Shown here piece after piece: positions 61,836-64,000 of a stretch of DNA of 64,000 nt. The stretch is from the NCBI GenBank assembly GCA_963716135.1, contig OY970289.1, positions 2,167,462-2,231,461 of the forward strand, in the 5' to 3' direction. The first letter of the stretch is position 1. Every line of letters begins with the position of its first letter. This DNA is from Pirellulales bacterium. Its GTDB lineage: Bacteria > Planctomycetota > Planctomycetia > Pirellulales > JADZDJ01. A model generated the notes under the pieces. That model worked only from the letters and a program-made list of their open reading frames with translations. It made no database searches and was not told where the DNA came from. The position numbers and the translations under genes were made by a program.

Positions 61836-62641
61836 GAATCAATGCAGGGTGTGGACGAAGTCCAACCAAGGGTTGGCGAAACTTCGATAATTCGTTGAGC
61901 ATTCGCCTGGCAAAGGTGCCGTTTTTGGCAAAGGCGATGAGAGCAATCGGCATGTTGAATGCCAAACAATTTGAGTTTATCGAATTCGCGCGCACCCACG
62001 ATATTGAATATGGCAATGCAAAAAAGCGGCTGCCGGTGCCAGCCGGATCAGCGGAAGCGTTTTATTGCTGCCACATGCTCGAGCATTTCGATCGAAATGA
62101 AGCGGCGATGTTCTTGCAAGAGGTGAAGCGTGTGCTTCGCCCTGGAGGGGTTTTGAGGATTGCGGTTCCCGACATTCGCCAGCGCGTGGGTCAATACTTG
62201 GAGAGGAAAGATGCGGACGAATTCATCGAACGGACGCAGCTAGCTCACGAAATTCCCGCGGGCTTTCTGAAGCCGCTTTATCATATGTACTTCTTATCGC
62301 CCGACCACCGGTGGATGTACGACGGCGATTCGCTTTGCCGGCTATTGACCCGGAATGGCTTTGTTAATGTGTCCGTGGTTCAGCCGGGCGAAACGAGAAT
62401 TCCAAATCCAGAACCGCTCAATCTGTTCGAACGGGCTGACGACAGCGTTTATGTTGAAGGAGAGGCGCCCAAGGTCGAGCTGAGGGCGGATGATCGGCGA
62501 TATTTCGGCGCAGCGGTCAGGTTTTTATCGGTGAATGATGGTGGAGAAGAAGAAACCGTGGGCGTCGACCGGGTTAGAGTCGGCCTGTTGCGCAATCGTG
62601 CTTTGGATAGACTGGAATATGAGCAGGCGTATGATGGTTAG
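61832..62641 (+). CDS. SAM-dependent methyltransferase (type 11-like)
   Basis: ORF 61832-62641(+). Its start overlaps the upstream stop. MRINAGCGRSPTKGWRNFDNS...CHMLEHFDRNEAAMFLQEVKRVLRPGGVLRIAVPD. Confidence 0.7.
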   Translation: MRINAGCGRSPTKGWRNFDNSLSIRLAKVPFLAKAMRAIGMLNAKQFEFIEFARTHDIEYGNAKKRLPVPAGSAEAFYCCHMLEHFDRNEAAMFLQEVKRVLRPGGVLRIAVPDIRQRVGQYLERKDADEFIERTQLAHEIPAGFLKPLYHMYFLSPDHRWMYDGDSLCRLLTRNGFVNVSVVQPGETRIPNPEPLNLFERADDSVYVEGEAPKVELRADDRRYFGAAVRFLSVNDGGEEETVGVDRVRVGLLRNRALDRLEYEQAYDG

Positions 62642-64000
62642 TGAGGAACGAACGGACGATCAGGCAATTTCAAGATCCTCTCGGCGCTGGGGCCTGCCGG
62701 CCTTCGAGCGAACTACAAGGCATCCGTATGACGCCTAACACGTTTCAACCCAGAGGGCGAGCGATGGCATTTTCAGCTGCGCCGCCGCAAAGGTCGATGA
62801 CGGAGAGTTTTCGCTGGCTCACGTGGCCGCTGGTGTTGATGATGCTGTTGCTGCCCGTTTGCATTTTGGCGGGTGCTCGAAAGGCAGACCTGGGCGGGCT
62901 GATGGTTGCGTATGTCAATGTGATCGTGATCGGGATGGCGATGATCTATTTCATCCGCGCGGATCGTACGAAGCGTTCGTCCCGGTTTTATTCTTGATCT
63001 GGTATCTGTTTTCGTGGCCGCTGGCGACCATCTATTTTGGGTTGATTGATCCGGACGCGGGGTACGTTACCGTCAAGGACGAAATTCGTCCGTTTGTCGA
63101 GAATGCGCTGCGTGTGCAAGGCGTCGATTTACGCGCTGTTGGTGGCGTATCTGGGGACGATCTTGTTGTTAATGCCGCGGGGGGGCAAATTGCCGACCTA
63201 TTCGGCACAAAATCCCGCCACCAAGCGAATGGCGTATGTTGGCACGGCAATGTCGATGATTGCGTTTGCGGGCGGGATGTATGCGCGCGTGACGGTCAAC
63301 TATGAAAGCACTTTCGGGTATCTGCTTTCGGGAATAATGAATTATTGCTTTGCGATGCCGATGCTTATTGGAGTCATGTTTCCAAAGGTGCCGCGGTTGG
63401 TAAAGACTGTGATTATCACCTTCTTTGCGGTCACGACTCCTGTCTATTTGCTATACCATTCGCGATTGTACCTGGTCGGGCCGTGGATAATGATGGCGTT
63501 CGGGCTGCTTTTCTTCAGCGAGTGGCCACAGCGAAAAAAAGCCGCCTTGGTATTGTCCATTCTAATTTTGTTTCCATTGGCATTGATGATCGGTGAAGCG
63601 ACGCGGAACGTGCGACAGGGGCAATCTCTCGAGCATCGGAAAGAACTTCTCACGCAATGGCAAAACATCCTGGCGAGAAACTCGTTCATCGGTTCGACGA
63701 TGGGACGATTCTTCTCCACCGGCGGACACGCGCTGATCACCTTATCGCCGGAACAAGTGGAATACCTGGATTTCGATCCCGTGCGATACGTCACCGAGTT
63801 GGTGGTCAGCACCGTCGTGCCAGGGCGAATTTATGCGGACTATTACTATTCGACGACGTATCATCTCAACCGCTACGGCTTGCGAGTTGGCACGACGACG
63901 TCCGTGGAGCTTTCGCTACCGGGCAGTCTCTGGATGCTGGGCGGGTGGGCACCGGTATTGATCGGCGGGGTGGGCATCGGGTTGCTACATACGATAATGA
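62641..64000 (+). CDS. polytopic membrane protein, possibly an O-antigen polymerase-type (Wzy-like) protein; partial at the right edge; frame broken twice
   Basis: ORF 62641-62997(+) carries ...MTESFRWLTWPLVLMMLLLPVCILAG...VNVIVIGMAMIYFI. The middle is in the frame of ORF 62823-63305(+) (PVLFLIWYLFSWPLATIYFGLI...). From 63121 a third segment is open to 64000; I translated it myself (ASIYALLVAYLGTILLLMP...MAYVGTAMSMIAFAGGMY...IMNYCFAMPMLIGVMF...LVGPWIMMAFGLLFF...). The function is inferred only from the many TM helices and the operon context. Possible starts are 62641 (GTG, overlaps the stop), 62728, 62764 and 62797. Confidence 0.4.

Noticed and set aside
1-64000. Mobile elements, prophage genes and defence systems (restriction-modification, CRISPR-Cas, toxin-antitoxin, retrons).
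   Set aside because: I recognised no transposase, integrase, Cas, reverse transcriptase, nuclease or methylase signature in any listed ORF or in my own translations. The only mobility-related trace is the tRNA-Leu direct repeat.

Overview
GC-rich bacterial chromosomal segment. I infer Planctomycetota from gene content: LExRxLLA-type N-terminal leaders, a DUF1559/H-X9-DG prepilin-like protein, PEP-CTERM/exosortase machinery and giant repeat proteins. There is no rRNA in the window to confirm this. Layout, left to right. (i) 1-3.7 kb, minus strand: sugar-modification genes (Gfo/Idh/MocA oxidoreductase, TIM-barrel sugar-phosphate isomerase/epimerase, GtrB/ArnC-like GT2, FAD oxidoreductase), then tRNA-Met(CAT). 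(ii) 4.2-13.0 kb: two tandem, co-oriented giant glycine-rich repeat proteins with no recognisable anchor. (iii) An orphan Flp pilin with a strong terminator, a cyclophilin lipoprotein and a Zn-ribbon protein. (iv) 15.6-22.7 kb: beta-oxidation operon (FadB-like, thiolase, acyl-CoA ligase, long acyl-CoA dehydrogenase). (v) A small membrane protein, a classical autotransporter and a GAF-PP2C phosphatase, then tRNA-Leu(GAG) followed by a 53-nt duplicate of its 3' half. (vi) 29.9-39.5 kb: a PEP-CTERM protein, a DUF1559 protein, a ModE::ModA-like fusion, EpsI, a Wzz/P-loop kinase-like protein, exosortase, Wza and a Pro/Glu-rich secreted protein. (vii) 39.8-64.0 kb: one co-directional polysaccharide operon containing an unusual acyl-carrier module (DUF362, CapK-like ligase, DegT aminotransferase, NeuD::VOC fusion, ACP, FkbH-like) alongside WecB/WecC, glycosyltransferases, methyltransferases, a heparinase II/III-like protein and a Wzy-like protein. 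By my reading there are more than 20 reading-frame breaks, affecting adhesin, housekeeping and biosynthetic genes alike. Where the junction is readable they sit in homopolymer runs, so I treat them as probable assembly errors and report bridged gene spans. I saw no CRISPR array, IS element, integrase, transposase or rRNA. The best candidates for novelty are the anchorless Gly-rich protein pair, the ACP/FkbH-centred sugar-acylation module embedded in an exosortase-linked EPS locus, and a dispersed family of GGCGGAA-type heptamer repeats in intergenic spacers.
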